Source: Thermoproteota archaeon (GTDB taxonomy: Archaea > Thermoproteota > Thermoprotei > Gearchaeales > Gearchaeaceae). Taken from it: a DNA stretch of 64,000 nucleotides. Positions 10,471 through 19,512 of this stretch are shown in pieces. Position 1 is the stretch's first letter. Each line of letters begins with the position of its first letter. The stretch covers positions 320,001 to 384,000 of the forward strand of contig JAVVGF010000001.1 in NCBI GenBank assembly GCA_032249235.1. Direction: 5' to 3'. The position numbers and the translations under genes were made by a program. The notes under the pieces are model-generated. The model was not told where the DNA came from and made no database searches. It saw only the letters and a program-made list of their open reading frames with translations.

Positions 10471-10929
10471 ATGGTTTGGATAATAGCGATCAAGCCAAAA
10501 GATAAATCAAATGACTGGAGGGCTATAAAGCTTGAGAATGAAGCTTTTGAACTACTAAATAAAAAAATGAATGCAAGATCTCTATTTTGTTATATTCTTG
10601 AAGGAAGAATTTCAAAAGAAGAAGCGAAGCGAATTGCAGAAGAATTCATCGTAGATCCTATTGTTGAAGATTATTATTTATTCGAATCTGAAGAAGAAAT
10701 TTATAAAGAGTTTGAAGGTCTTAAAATTTCAATTCATTATAAAAAAGGTTTCATAAATCCTGATGACGAAATAATTCAAAGAAGTTTGAGAATGATTTTA
10801 GGAGATAAAATCTCTAATCTTAAAACTTTTTTGACTTATCTTATAGAAGGAATAAACGAAGAAGAAGCAAAGCTTGTTGCCGAAAAAATATTAGCGAATA
10901 AGCTAATTCATGATGTAATAATAAAATGA
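10471..10929 (+). CDS. purS: Phosphoribosylformylglycinamidine synthase PurS, tandem two-domain form
   Basis: Two PurS-like repeats (YILEGRISKEEAKRIAEEFIVDPI and YLIEGINEEEAKLVAEKILANKL); overlaps purL start. Confidence 0.75.
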   Translation: MVWIIAIKPKDKSNDWRAIKLENEAFELLNKKMNARSLFCYILEGRISKEEAKRIAEEFIVDPIVEDYYLFESEEEIYKEFEGLKISIHYKKGFINPDDEIIQRSLRMILGDKISNLKTFLTYLIEGINEEEAKLVAEKILANKLIHDVIIK

Positions 10930-13286
10930 TCGAATTTCAAAGATTCAATATTTCAAGCTATAATGATGATGAATTACTCAGACTAAATCAACTTCTCGAT
11001 TTAAATTTAAGTATAGAGGAACTTAAAGCAATAAGAAAATATTACGAAAAAGAAAATAGAGAAGCTACTGATCTAGAATTACATACTTTTTCTCAAGTAT
11101 GGTCTGAACATTGTTTTCATAAGACTTTCAAGTCGAAAATTATCCTGAATAATGAAATAATCGAAGGATTATTCAAAGAATACATTTTTAAAGCGTCTGA
11201 ATTGTTGAATAAAAATTGGTGTATTAATTTATTTTCCGACAACGCAGGAATTATCGAATTCGATGAACAATATGCGATTGCAGTAAAAGTTGAGACGCAT
11301 AATCATCCTACTGCTTTAGACCCATTTTGCGGTGCTCATACAGGAATGGGAGGAGTTTATAGGGATATACTTGGTGTCAGTGCTAGACCTATTGGAGCAA
11401 TGGATTATTTATTTTTCGCACCTATCGATTTACCATATAACTCAATTCCTTCAGGTATCTATCATCCCAAAATAGTTTTAAAAAGAGTAGTTGAAGCCAT
11501 CGCAGATTATGGAAATAAAGTTGGAATTCCTACAGTAAATGGTTCAATTCACTTTGATATCGGTTATTTGAGAAATCCTTTAGTATATGCAGGTTGCATC
11601 GGTATCCTACCTAAAAATAAATACGTAAAAAATCCTAAAGTTGGAGATTTAATAGTAATAATAGGAGGGAAAACTGGAAGAGATGGAATTCATGGTGCAT
11701 CATTTGCTTCAGCTTCATTAACTCTAGAAAGTGGAGAAATCTACTATTCTGCTGTTCAAATAGGAAATCCGATTGAAGAAAAGAAAATTATTGAAGCGAT
11801 TATGAGAGCTAGGGATGAATATGAGAAACCTCTTTATTCTTTAATTACCGATCTAGGGGGCGGAGGGTTAGCAGTAGCTTTATGCGAATCATTCAAAAAT
11901 CTTGGATTTAAAGTAGATCTAAGCAACGTGCAACTTAAGCATTTGAATATGCAACCATGGGAAATTTGGGTTTCAGAATCTCAAGAAAGGATGCTTTTAG
12001 CAATACCGAAAGAGAACTTAGAAAAATTTTTAGAAATATGTGATGAAGAAGGAGTAAACGTTAACGTTATAGGCGAAGTAACGAATGATAAGAAAGCTTT
12101 AATATTTTATCAAGAAATGTTGGTGGGAGAAATAGATTTGGATTTCCTCTTTAAAGGAATACCACTTAAAGTTTTGAAAGCTGAATTGCCTAAATATGAA
12201 GCTTCTGAAGAAGTAGAGTTGAAAGATAAAGATGATTATACTTCTGATTTAATTGAAATATTGTCCGATCCAAATATTGCTAGTAAAGAATGGATTATAA
12301 GGCAATATGACCATGAAGTTGGTGCGAGGACAATTTTGAAGCCTTTACAAGGTTTCAATTGCGATGGCCCTGGTGATGCTGCTGTATTAAAACCTTTATA
12401 TGATTCATGGAAAGGTGTTGTAATTTCTAACGGCGGAAACCCTAGATACTCTTCCGATGTATATAACATGGCTTTATCAGCTATAGATGAAGCAATAAGA
12501 AATAATGTTGCTGCTGGTGGAAGAAGGATAGCTCTTTTAGATAATTTCAGTTGGGGCGATCCAAATGATCCGAAAGAATTAGGAAAATTAGTTTTAGCTG
12601 CAAAAGCATGTTATGAAGGTGCAATTGCTTTCGATACTCCTTTCATATCGGGAAAAGATAGTTTGTATAATATTTACCAAGAAGAAGGAAAAACCTTTTC
12701 AATCCCTCCTACATTGGTCATTACTGCAGTAGGCATAATTCCAGATGTCAGGAAAGCTGTAACAACAGATTTCAAAAGGAGTGGAAATTACATCTATATT
12801 TTGGGCTTTACTTTTGATGAGCTCGGGGGTTCTGCATTTTATTATAACAAAGGAATAAAAAGTGGAAAAGTTCCAACTGTGTATCCTGAAAGAGCAAAAC
12901 AAATCTATGAAAGAGTAATTAAAGCAATCGATAGAGGTTTGATCAAAGCATGTCATGATTGCTCTGAGGGAGGACTAGCTGTCGCAATAGCTGAGATGTG
13001 CATAGGCGGAAATTGTGGTGCAGAAATACACTTAGAAAAAATTCCTACAAATCTTTCTAAAAGGTATAAAATTCTTTTTTCAGAAAGCAATTCGAGATTT
13101 CTTGTTGAAGTTGCACAAGGCTATGAAAAAGAATTCGACCATGTAATGAGAGGTATAACTTATGCTAAAATAGGTTATGTTACAAGCGAAAAAACGCTAA
13201 AAATAAAACATGAAAAGTCAACAATTGTAGAGGCATCATTAAATGACATGGTTAGAGCGTGGAAAAATCCATTAAGTTTACCATGA
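10926..13286 (+). CDS. purL: FGAM synthase subunit PurL
   Basis: WSEHCFHK, KVETHNHP, DLGGGG, SESQERM, QYDHEV, ISGKDS motifs. Confidence 0.97.
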   Translation: MIEFQRFNISSYNDDELLRLNQLLDLNLSIEELKAIRKYYEKENREATDLELHTFSQVWSEHCFHKTFKSKIILNNEIIEGLFKEYIFKASELLNKNWCINLFSDNAGIIEFDEQYAIAVKVETHNHPTALDPFCGAHTGMGGVYRDILGVSARPIGAMDYLFFAPIDLPYNSIPSGIYHPKIVLKRVVEAIADYGNKVGIPTVNGSIHFDIGYLRNPLVYAGCIGILPKNKYVKNPKVGDLIVIIGGKTGRDGIHGASFASASLTLESGEIYYSAVQIGNPIEEKKIIEAIMRARDEYEKPLYSLITDLGGGGLAVALCESFKNLGFKVDLSNVQLKHLNMQPWEIWVSESQERMLLAIPKENLEKFLEICDEEGVNVNVIGEVTNDKKALIFYQEMLVGEIDLDFLFKGIPLKVLKAELPKYEASEEVELKDKDDYTSDLIEILSDPNIASKEWIIRQYDHEVGARTILKPLQGFNCDGPGDAAVLKPLYDSWKGVVISNGGNPRYSSDVYNMALSAIDEAIRNNVAAGGRRIALLDNFSWGDPNDPKELGKLVLAAKACYEGAIAFDTPFISGKDSLYNIYQEEGKTFSIPPTLVITAVGIIPDVRKAVTTDFKRSGNYIYILGFTFDELGGSAFYYNKGIKSGKVPTVYPERAKQIYERVIKAIDRGLIKACHDCSEGGLAVAIAEMCIGGNCGAEIHLEKIPTNLSKRYKILFSESNSRFLVEVAQGYEKEFDHVMRGITYAKIGYVTSEKTLKIKHEKSTIVEASLNDMVRAWKNPLSLP

Positions 13287-14056
13287 AGGTAAAATCATTA
13301 GTAATAAGGTCTGAGGGTACGAATTGTGATTTAGAAACTGTAGAAGCTCTTAGACTTGCAGGTTCTCAAGTAGATCTCCTTCACATCAATAGAATAATTA
13401 AAAAACCAGGTTTGTTGGAAGAATATCAATTGCTAGTTTTTCCAGGAGGTTTTTCTTTTGGTGATTGTATAAGCGCAGGCAAAATATTATCTAACATTTT
13501 AAAAACTGCTTTAAAGAAAGAATTGAAGAAATTTATAGATGAAGGTAAGCCTGTGCTTGGAATTTGCAATGGTTTTCAAACTTTACTTAAGCTAGGGGCA
13601 TTACCTTTTTCTGATGAATTTGAGCAATGTGCTTCTTTAGTGACGAATTCAAACGGGCTTTTTATCGATAAATGGGTTTATTTAAAATTCAACAGATCTA
13701 AGTGCATTTTTACAAAAGATTCTCCAAATGTAATTTACCTGCCAATTAATCATAAAGAAGGGAGATTTGTGATCGAGGAAAAATTTTTGAAGAAACTGGT
13801 AGATAACGAGCAAATCATTTATCAATATTCTTCGCAAAGCGGCGAGGTTAAAGAGGAATATAACCCTAATGGATCAACATTTAATATAGCCGCTATTTGT
13901 AATGAACATTATAATGTTCTAGGTATAATGCCGCATCCTGAAAAATACGTTCATAAATATCAACATCCTTCTTGGACTAGATATCCTAACTTGAAAGAAG
14001 AAGGAGAAGGGTTGTTAATTTTTAAAAACGCCTTGAATTACGCAAAAAAATTTTAG
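13283..14056 (+). CDS. purQ: FGAM synthase glutaminase subunit PurQ
   Basis: GTNCD, PGGFSFGD, GICNGFQ, MPHPE; ATG 13283 overlaps purL stop (ATGA). Confidence 0.96.
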   Translation: MKVKSLVIRSEGTNCDLETVEALRLAGSQVDLLHINRIIKKPGLLEEYQLLVFPGGFSFGDCISAGKILSNILKTALKKELKKFIDEGKPVLGICNGFQTLLKLGALPFSDEFEQCASLVTNSNGLFIDKWVYLKFNRSKCIFTKDSPNVIYLPINHKEGRFVIEEKFLKKLVDNEQIIYQYSSQSGEVKEEYNPNGSTFNIAAICNEHYNVLGIMPHPEKYVHKYQHPSWTRYPNLKEEGEGLLIFKNALNYAKKF

Positions 14057-14133
14057 TTCGCATAACCTAGGCTTTCATTTCGAGTAAAAAATCAAAAATT
14101 TTAAATAGCGGGATAAGATAAATTATTGCTTTC

Positions 14134-15369
14134 ATGTCGTCATTTAGGTTGGATGATTTAATTAGTAGATTATCTGAAAGAGCTTCGAGAATTTTTAAAA
14201 ATAGAGAAACCTTGAGACCTGATTATATTCCTGATGAACTCCCACATAGAGATAAAGAGATATACAAATTAGCTGAAATTTTATTCCATCCTTTGTTAAA
14301 AGGAGATAGACCTTCTAATGTATTCATCTACGGTTATCCAGGAACAGGCAAAACTGCTACAACAAAACATGTTTTCAAAGCTATAAAAGAAAAATTAGCT
14401 CCTAGACTTCAAGTTCCAGTTTATTGTCTTATTATAAATTGCAAAATCGACGATACTAATTATAGGATACTAAAGGAAATAAACGACTTCTTCAGTATAC
14501 CTACGCCTCATACAGGCTTATCACTAGCTGAGTTATATACCAGAATAGTTAAAGAGCTAAAGAGAAGGACAGGATTTTTCATACTTGCTTTAGATGAAAT
14601 AGATAATTTCGTGAAAAAAAGCGGTGATGAAATACTTTATAAATTAACTAGAATAAATTCTGAAGGAATCACAACAAAAGTATCCTTAGTGGGTATTACG
14701 AATGATCTTCATTTTAAAGAATATTTGGATCCAAGGGTTAAAAGTAGTCTAAGTGAAGAAGAACTAGTTTTCACACCATATACTGCAGATCAATTAAGAG
14801 ATATTTTGTATGCAAGGGCAAAAATCGCATTATATGAGGATAGCTATACAGATGGTGCCATAAATTTATGTGCTTCAATAGCAGCAAAAGAGCATGGAGA
14901 TGTTAGAAGAGCTCTAGATCTTTTAAGAGTGGCAGGAGAGTTGGCTGAGAGAAGGAATGATCCTAAAATAACTGAAGATCATGTAAAAGAAGCACTTAGA
15001 ATTATGGAGCGTGATAAGATTTGGGAAGTGGTGATTTCTTTACCTTTCCATTCAAAGCTTGTTTTATTGGTTATAGCTTATCTACAAGAAAGATTTCTAA
15101 GAGAATGTACCACGGGTGAAGTTTATGAAGAATATGTTAAAATATGCAGAGAAATTGGCCAAGAACCTCTAACTGCAAGAAGAGTTAGTGATATTATAAA
15201 TGAACTCGACATGGGTGGTCTAATAAAAGCAAACTTAACAAGTAAGGGTAGATATGGGAGAACTAAGTATATATCTTTGAGAATAGATAAGGATGAAACT
15301 TTCAGAGCTCTTAAAGAAGATGAAAGGCTTGAATTCATCATACAATCTATTAGTAGCTGGAATAGATGA
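14134..15369 (+). CDS. cdc6: Orc1/Cdc6 replication initiator
   Basis: PDYIPDELPHR, Walker A GYPGTGKT, Walker B LDEID, GDVRRALDLL, winged helix with GRYGRT. Confidence 0.96.
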   Translation: MSSFRLDDLISRLSERASRIFKNRETLRPDYIPDELPHRDKEIYKLAEILFHPLLKGDRPSNVFIYGYPGTGKTATTKHVFKAIKEKLAPRLQVPVYCLIINCKIDDTNYRILKEINDFFSIPTPHTGLSLAELYTRIVKELKRRTGFFILALDEIDNFVKKSGDEILYKLTRINSEGITTKVSLVGITNDLHFKEYLDPRVKSSLSEEELVFTPYTADQLRDILYARAKIALYEDSYTDGAINLCASIAAKEHGDVRRALDLLRVAGELAERRNDPKITEDHVKEALRIMERDKIWEVVISLPFHSKLVLLVIAYLQERFLRECTTGEVYEEYVKICREIGQEPLTARRVSDIINELDMGGLIKANLTSKGRYGRTKYISLRIDKDETFRALKEDERLEFIIQSISSWNR

Positions 15370-15907
15370 TGGAGGCTTCAAACCAGATTTTAAATATATA
15401 AAAGAAAAACCTTCTGTTCCCTTAATAGTTGTTTATTATAGAAATCATAGAATTATAGATTTGAAATTTTCTGCAATAAAAATAGATGGTTTGGATGCGA
15501 CCGAAAAATTAATTGAAATCCTTAAGCTTAAAAAACCTTCTGTCATCTTTTCAGCTGGCATCACAGTAGCTGGCTTTAATATTATAGATTTCATAAAGAT
15601 TTATGATACATTAAAAATTCCAACTATTGTTGTCTTAGATCATAAACCAAATCTAAAAAGAATTAAGGATGCAATTGCTAAACATTTGGATAATGCGGAA
15701 AAAAGGATTAGTATTATTATGAAGTATCCAAAATTTAAAAAATTCAAGAACCTTTATTATGAAAGTATTGGTATCGATGAAAAATTGGCATTGGAGCTAA
15801 TTAATTCTTTTAGAATTTTCAGTAAATATCCGGAGCCGCTTAGATTGGCTCATATGATAGCTAAATCATTGTATAAATACTCTTTAGAAAAGGAATCTCA
15901 TAACTGA
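15320..15907 (+). CDS. DUF99 family protein (endonuclease V-like fold)
   Basis: AGIDDG, DGLDAT, GITVAGFNIID, PEPLRLAHMIA; start ATG 15320 or 15293, both inside cdc6. Confidence 0.85.
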   Translation: MKGLNSSYNLLVAGIDDGGFKPDFKYIKEKPSVPLIVVYYRNHRIIDLKFSAIKIDGLDATEKLIEILKLKKPSVIFSAGITVAGFNIIDFIKIYDTLKIPTIVVLDHKPNLKRIKDAIAKHLDNAEKRISIIMKYPKFKKFKNLYYESIGIDEKLALELINSFRIFSKYPEPLRLAHMIAKSLYKYSLEKESHN

Positions 15908-17290
15908 TAGATCCTTTAAATTTATCACATAGCATGAATGCCTAGGTTTTTCATCGTTTAGATAATTTATCCATGATGAATTAGAGATTAATAAACAACC
16001 ATGATAACTCGAATTACTATAAATGTCAAAATGACCACACAACATTAAATCAGGCCTTTCATCTATTATAAAAGGATCGTAACCTAAAGGAAGAAGTCCT
16101 TCAATTCTTACGTTGCTTATAAGACTCCTTCTTTTCATTACATCTTGCATAGTTTTAATCATAGCTTCTTCTAATTTTTCTAAATCAACCACATTTTCGT
16201 TGAATAGAGATTCAAAATAAAATCCATGCGTCATTAGTATTTTTCTTTCAGATATCTCAATATAAGAAGGATCTTTGAGCAGTATTAGATTCTTAAATTT
16301 AAATAAGGGTTCAGTAATTTCTTGATCGAATTCATTAAAAGGAATAGTCTGAATTAATTGGTCTCTTTCACCTGGAATAGCATAAATCGTTATATCTTGT
16401 CTTATATTACTCAATAATCCAGCAAGTTCCTCATATTGACTGTACATGTCATCAGTTATATTAAATTTGAATTTACTTTCAAAAGAAAATCCTTCAATTA
16501 AATCTCCTGTTATTAATAAATATTTTATTTTTGAAGAAATTTCTTTATATTCATCAAATTTATTATTTAAAAAGTCTATAAAATTTTTAAAAGCATCATA
16601 ATCAAATGTTTCATTGCCACATCTTATGTCAGATATACATGCAATATATATATCTTTTTCTATCTTTTTTTCTGTCGCATATTCTAAATCAGGTAGATAA
16701 ATTTTATTTACTCTTATATAATATCCTTTATCAGTTTTTATAAGTATACCATCTAATATTGCTACGTCATCTAATTTCATTTCTAAAGCTAACCGGTATG
16801 CTTCTTCTTTATACTTCGGTACTATAGCTCTAAAGCTTCCATAAGGATCTTCAAATTCTAGTAGCAACGCATCATACTTGGCGCTTTCCTTACTATACAA
16901 CATCCCAGCTATTGATATCTGTGATTTATCCAACATCTTATCGAGATCAGTAGAAGTTGTATTTGCTGTTTTGCGATGAACTTTTTCAATTATCTTTTTT
17001 AGTTTGTTAAATCTATCTTCAAGCATTAATTTATACCCCATTGTGATATCGCTTACTTCTTTTATTTCTCTTCTGTAAGTCTGTGAATTTTGTTCTTTTA
17101 AAGATAAGTCTTTTGAATATCTTTTTATTAACTCATTAACAGTTTCTTTAGTAATTAATTCATCTATATTTTTTATTTCATTTAATATTAAATCTATAAT
17201 TTCACTATCTTCTAAACTTTCTAAAATTTTTAATGCATCCTCTGTAATATAGATTTTCTCTTTATTTAAAAATTCTTTAATTTTACTCAT
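15884..17290 (-). CDS. DNA polymerase D small subunit (DP1)/B-subunit homolog with degenerate exonuclease motifs
   Basis: N-terminal helical domain, OB fold (IAGML...EFEDPYG), PDE domain with altered motifs SDIRCG, GDLIEG, PGERD, THG, GHFD; DP1-like DPFIIDERPD. Confidence 0.8.
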   Translation of the reverse strand: MSKIKEFLNKEKIYITEDALKILESLEDSEIIDLILNEIKNIDELITKETVNELIKRYSKDLSLKEQNSQTYRREIKEVSDITMGYKLMLEDRFNKLKKIIEKVHRKTANTTSTDLDKMLDKSQISIAGMLYSKESAKYDALLLEFEDPYGSFRAIVPKYKEEAYRLALEMKLDDVAILDGILIKTDKGYYIRVNKIYLPDLEYATEKKIEKDIYIACISDIRCGNETFDYDAFKNFIDFLNNKFDEYKEISSKIKYLLITGDLIEGFSFESKFKFNITDDMYSQYEELAGLLSNIRQDITIYAIPGERDQLIQTIPFNEFDQEITEPLFKFKNLILLKDPSYIEISERKILMTHGFYFESLFNENVVDLEKLEEAMIKTMQDVMKRRSLISNVRIEGLLPLGYDPFIIDERPDLMLCGHFDIYSNSSYHGCLLISNSSWINYLNDEKPRHSCYVINLKDLSVMRFLF

Positions 17291-18230
17291 TTAAAGCAAG
17301 TGCTTTTAAAACTGTTATCCAAGCATTAGCTACGTTTTCAAAATTATAACCGCCTCCACCTAGAGCAAGTAGTCTACCTTTGCTTTTCTCATGTGAAAGT
17401 TTATGCAACAATTTCGTTACTTCTTTGTGCACGTTAGGAGTATAATTCAAATGTGTTAATGGATCTCCTCTCAAACCATCAGCGCCACATTGTAAAATGA
17501 TCAGTTCATAATTTTCATTGAGAATCATTTCTTCTGCTCTTTTAAGAGCTCTAAGAAATTCTTCATCTCCGCTATATGGCTTAAGAGGTATGTTTAACTT
17601 TTTGCCAAATCCTTCTCCTTTACCTCTTTCGTTTTCAAAACCTGTTCCTGGAAACAAAAATCTTCCATCTTCATGTATATCAACAAAGTATAGCTCGCCA
17701 TCTTCTTCATAAGAATAATAGACACCATCTCCATGATGAGCATCTATGTCAAAATAAAGAATTTTTTTAATACCATACTTTTTTCTTGCATACTCTATGC
17801 CAATACATATATCGTTGAAAACACAGAATCCTGAAGCTCTTTCTTTATATGCATGATGCAACCCTCCTGTTGGATTGAAAGCATGCTGAACTTTTCCTTG
17901 AAATATCGAATCTAAAGCTTCAAGGGTTGATCCTGCTGAATATGCAGATGCTTCATAAACGCCCGGATAAGCAGGCGTATCACCATAATCAAGATAGCCG
18001 CTACCAATTTTTGACAATCTTTTAACCAATTCTAAATACTCTTTTTCATGAAATAGTAAGATTTCTTCATCTGTCGCTCTTCTCGCACTCAGCTTTATTA
18101 CGATATTATTATCTAGCAATTCTTGTAATTTTTCTAAGAATATCTTATACCTATCTTCGTTCAAAGGATGAGGTTTAGGAAAATGATATCTTAAATTTTC
18201 TCCTAATACTACTCCTACTTTGCAATTCAT
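17283..18230 (-). CDS. Histone deacetylase/AcuC family Zn-dependent deacylase
   Basis: GGLHHA, SGFCVFND, DIDAHHGDG, GADGLRGDPL, GGGGY. Confidence 0.93.
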   Translation of the reverse strand: MNCKVGVVLGENLRYHFPKPHPLNEDRYKIFLEKLQELLDNNIVIKLSARRATDEEILLFHEKEYLELVKRLSKIGSGYLDYGDTPAYPGVYEASAYSAGSTLEALDSIFQGKVQHAFNPTGGLHHAYKERASGFCVFNDICIGIEYARKKYGIKKILYFDIDAHHGDGVYYSYEEDGELYFVDIHEDGRFLFPGTGFENERGKGEGFGKKLNIPLKPYSGDEEFLRALKRAEEMILNENYELIILQCGADGLRGDPLTHLNYTPNVHKEVTKLLHKLSHEKSKGRLLALGGGGYNFENVANAWITVLKALALNE

Positions 18231-18289
18231 CCCCTAATTTTAATCGATTAACGATTTTTAAATTAACATTATTAAATTATCGAGTTCAG

Positions 18290-18311
18290 TAGTAATACCT
18301 AAGTATTACTA
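18290..18311. promoter_or_regulatory. Inverted repeat, candidate operator between divergent genes
   Basis: TAGTAATAC-CTAA-GTATTACTA, perfect 9-bp arms. Confidence 0.45.
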
Positions 18312-18355
18312 TAGAGCTTTGAAAGTAGTAGCTTTATAAAACACGTTTAGTATTC

Positions 18356-18562
18356 ATGATGGATTTCATATATCAGATTTTCAATTTATTCGTATTCGCT
18401 TCATTCATATTTATTGCTATACTTTTTGTGCTAATGGTAAGGAAACCTCTTGCTGTAATACCTTCATTTTTTACAGGAGTAGCTATTTATATTGCGACAT
18501 ATAATGGTCTCATTGCAGGTTTAGTAACTTTTCTTCTAGCAGTCCTGTTTCAAGTTAAGTAA
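18356..18562 (+). CDS. Small hydrophobic membrane protein
   Basis: 68 aa, 2-3 TM segments; TTTATAAA box about 24 nt upstream. Confidence 0.6.
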   Translation: MMDFIYQIFNLFVFASFIFIAILFVLMVRKPLAVIPSFFTGVAIYIATYNGLIAGLVTFLLAVLFQVK

Positions 18563-18563
18563 T

Positions 18564-18578
18564 AAACATTTTATAGAG
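18564..18578 (+). promoter_or_regulatory. BRE/TATA promoter of dCTP deaminase-like gene
   Basis: AAACATTTTATAGAG; TTATAG begins 27 nt before ATG; same 15-mer at same spacing before the E1 alpha gene. Confidence 0.6.
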
Positions 18579-18597
18579 AATATCAATATTTTTAATA

Positions 18598-19128
18598 ATG
18601 GCTGTACTGGGAAAGAGCGAATTATTAAAACTTCAAGAAAAATATCATCTCATATATCCCTTCAATGAAGAATTAATAGACGGTGATAGTTTTATCTTAA
18701 CAGTTCAGCAGGATGTTGAGGTAAAATATTTAGAACATAAAAATATAATCTCTCACGAAATTGTATTTGTTCCAATTAACTTTGTCGCACATATGACTGC
18801 AAAAAGTAAATTTGGCAGATTAGGTTTGTCTTTTTTGAATGCTGCGAAAGTCCATAGTGGTTTTGTAGGAAGGATAGTTCTAGAAGTAGTTAATTTAAAT
18901 AACGAGCATTTACCCATAACTATTAAAAAAGGTGAGCCTTTCATGCATCTAGAATATATAAGAAGAGAAGGTGAGCCTTCTCCTTATCATGGTGAATATC
19001 AATTCCAATATATGAATGATGATGAGATAAGATTTTACCTTAAAATATTAAAAGAACACATTCCTAACTTCGAGTACTATTCAAAGATATGGCTAAAGAA
19101 TAAACCTCATTTACTTAAAGAATTATAA
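18598..19128 (+). CDS. dCTP deaminase/trimeric dUTPase family protein (divergent)
   Basis: AKSKFGRLGL, SGFVGRIVLEVVN, PYHGEYQFQ resemble Dcd motifs. Confidence 0.7.
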   Translation: MAVLGKSELLKLQEKYHLIYPFNEELIDGDSFILTVQQDVEVKYLEHKNIISHEIVFVPINFVAHMTAKSKFGRLGLSFLNAAKVHSGFVGRIVLEVVNLNNEHLPITIKKGEPFMHLEYIRREGEPSPYHGEYQFQYMNDDEIRFYLKILKEHIPNFEYYSKIWLKNKPHLLKEL

Positions 19129-19512
19129 TTTTTCAGCATACAAAAGGGGCCAAATTGGCCATTCTGTTCTTTCTGTCTTTTTGAATACAATCTTTACTTT
19201 TTGACCTATTTTTATCTCATTTAGATTCTCTTTCATCCTTGCTAAAATTTTTACATTATCTTTAAGTCTTATAAGACAAACAGCATAAGGAACCTCATCT
19301 CCAAAGCTTTTAGGTGCAACATGAATTATCGTGAAACTTTCTATTTCTCCTTCATTACTGATTTTCTTCCATGTTAATTTATTCGAAAAACAAGAAGGAC
19401 AAATTTTTCTCGGAGGTAAGCTAAGCTTTCCGCAATTCATGCACATTGAAGCATATAATTCGCCATTACTTGCTTTTCTGTAGAATTCTTCAATACTTAT
19501 TTCTTCGCTCAT
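19123..19512 (-). CDS. DUF35 Zn-ribbon/OB-fold thiolase partner
   Basis: CMNC...PPRKICPSC, then OB fold; overlaps thiolase stop. Confidence 0.9.
   Translation of the reverse strand: MSEEISIEEFYRKASNGELYASMCMNCGKLSLPPRKICPSCFSNKLTWKKISNEGEIESFTIIHVAPKSFGDEVPYAVCLIRLKDNVKILARMKENLNEIKIGQKVKIVFKKTERTEWPIWPLLYAEKL

Noticed and set aside
14057-14133. Replication origin next to cdc6
   Set aside because: Only 77 bp, with no recognisable repeated ORB elements or extended unwinding region
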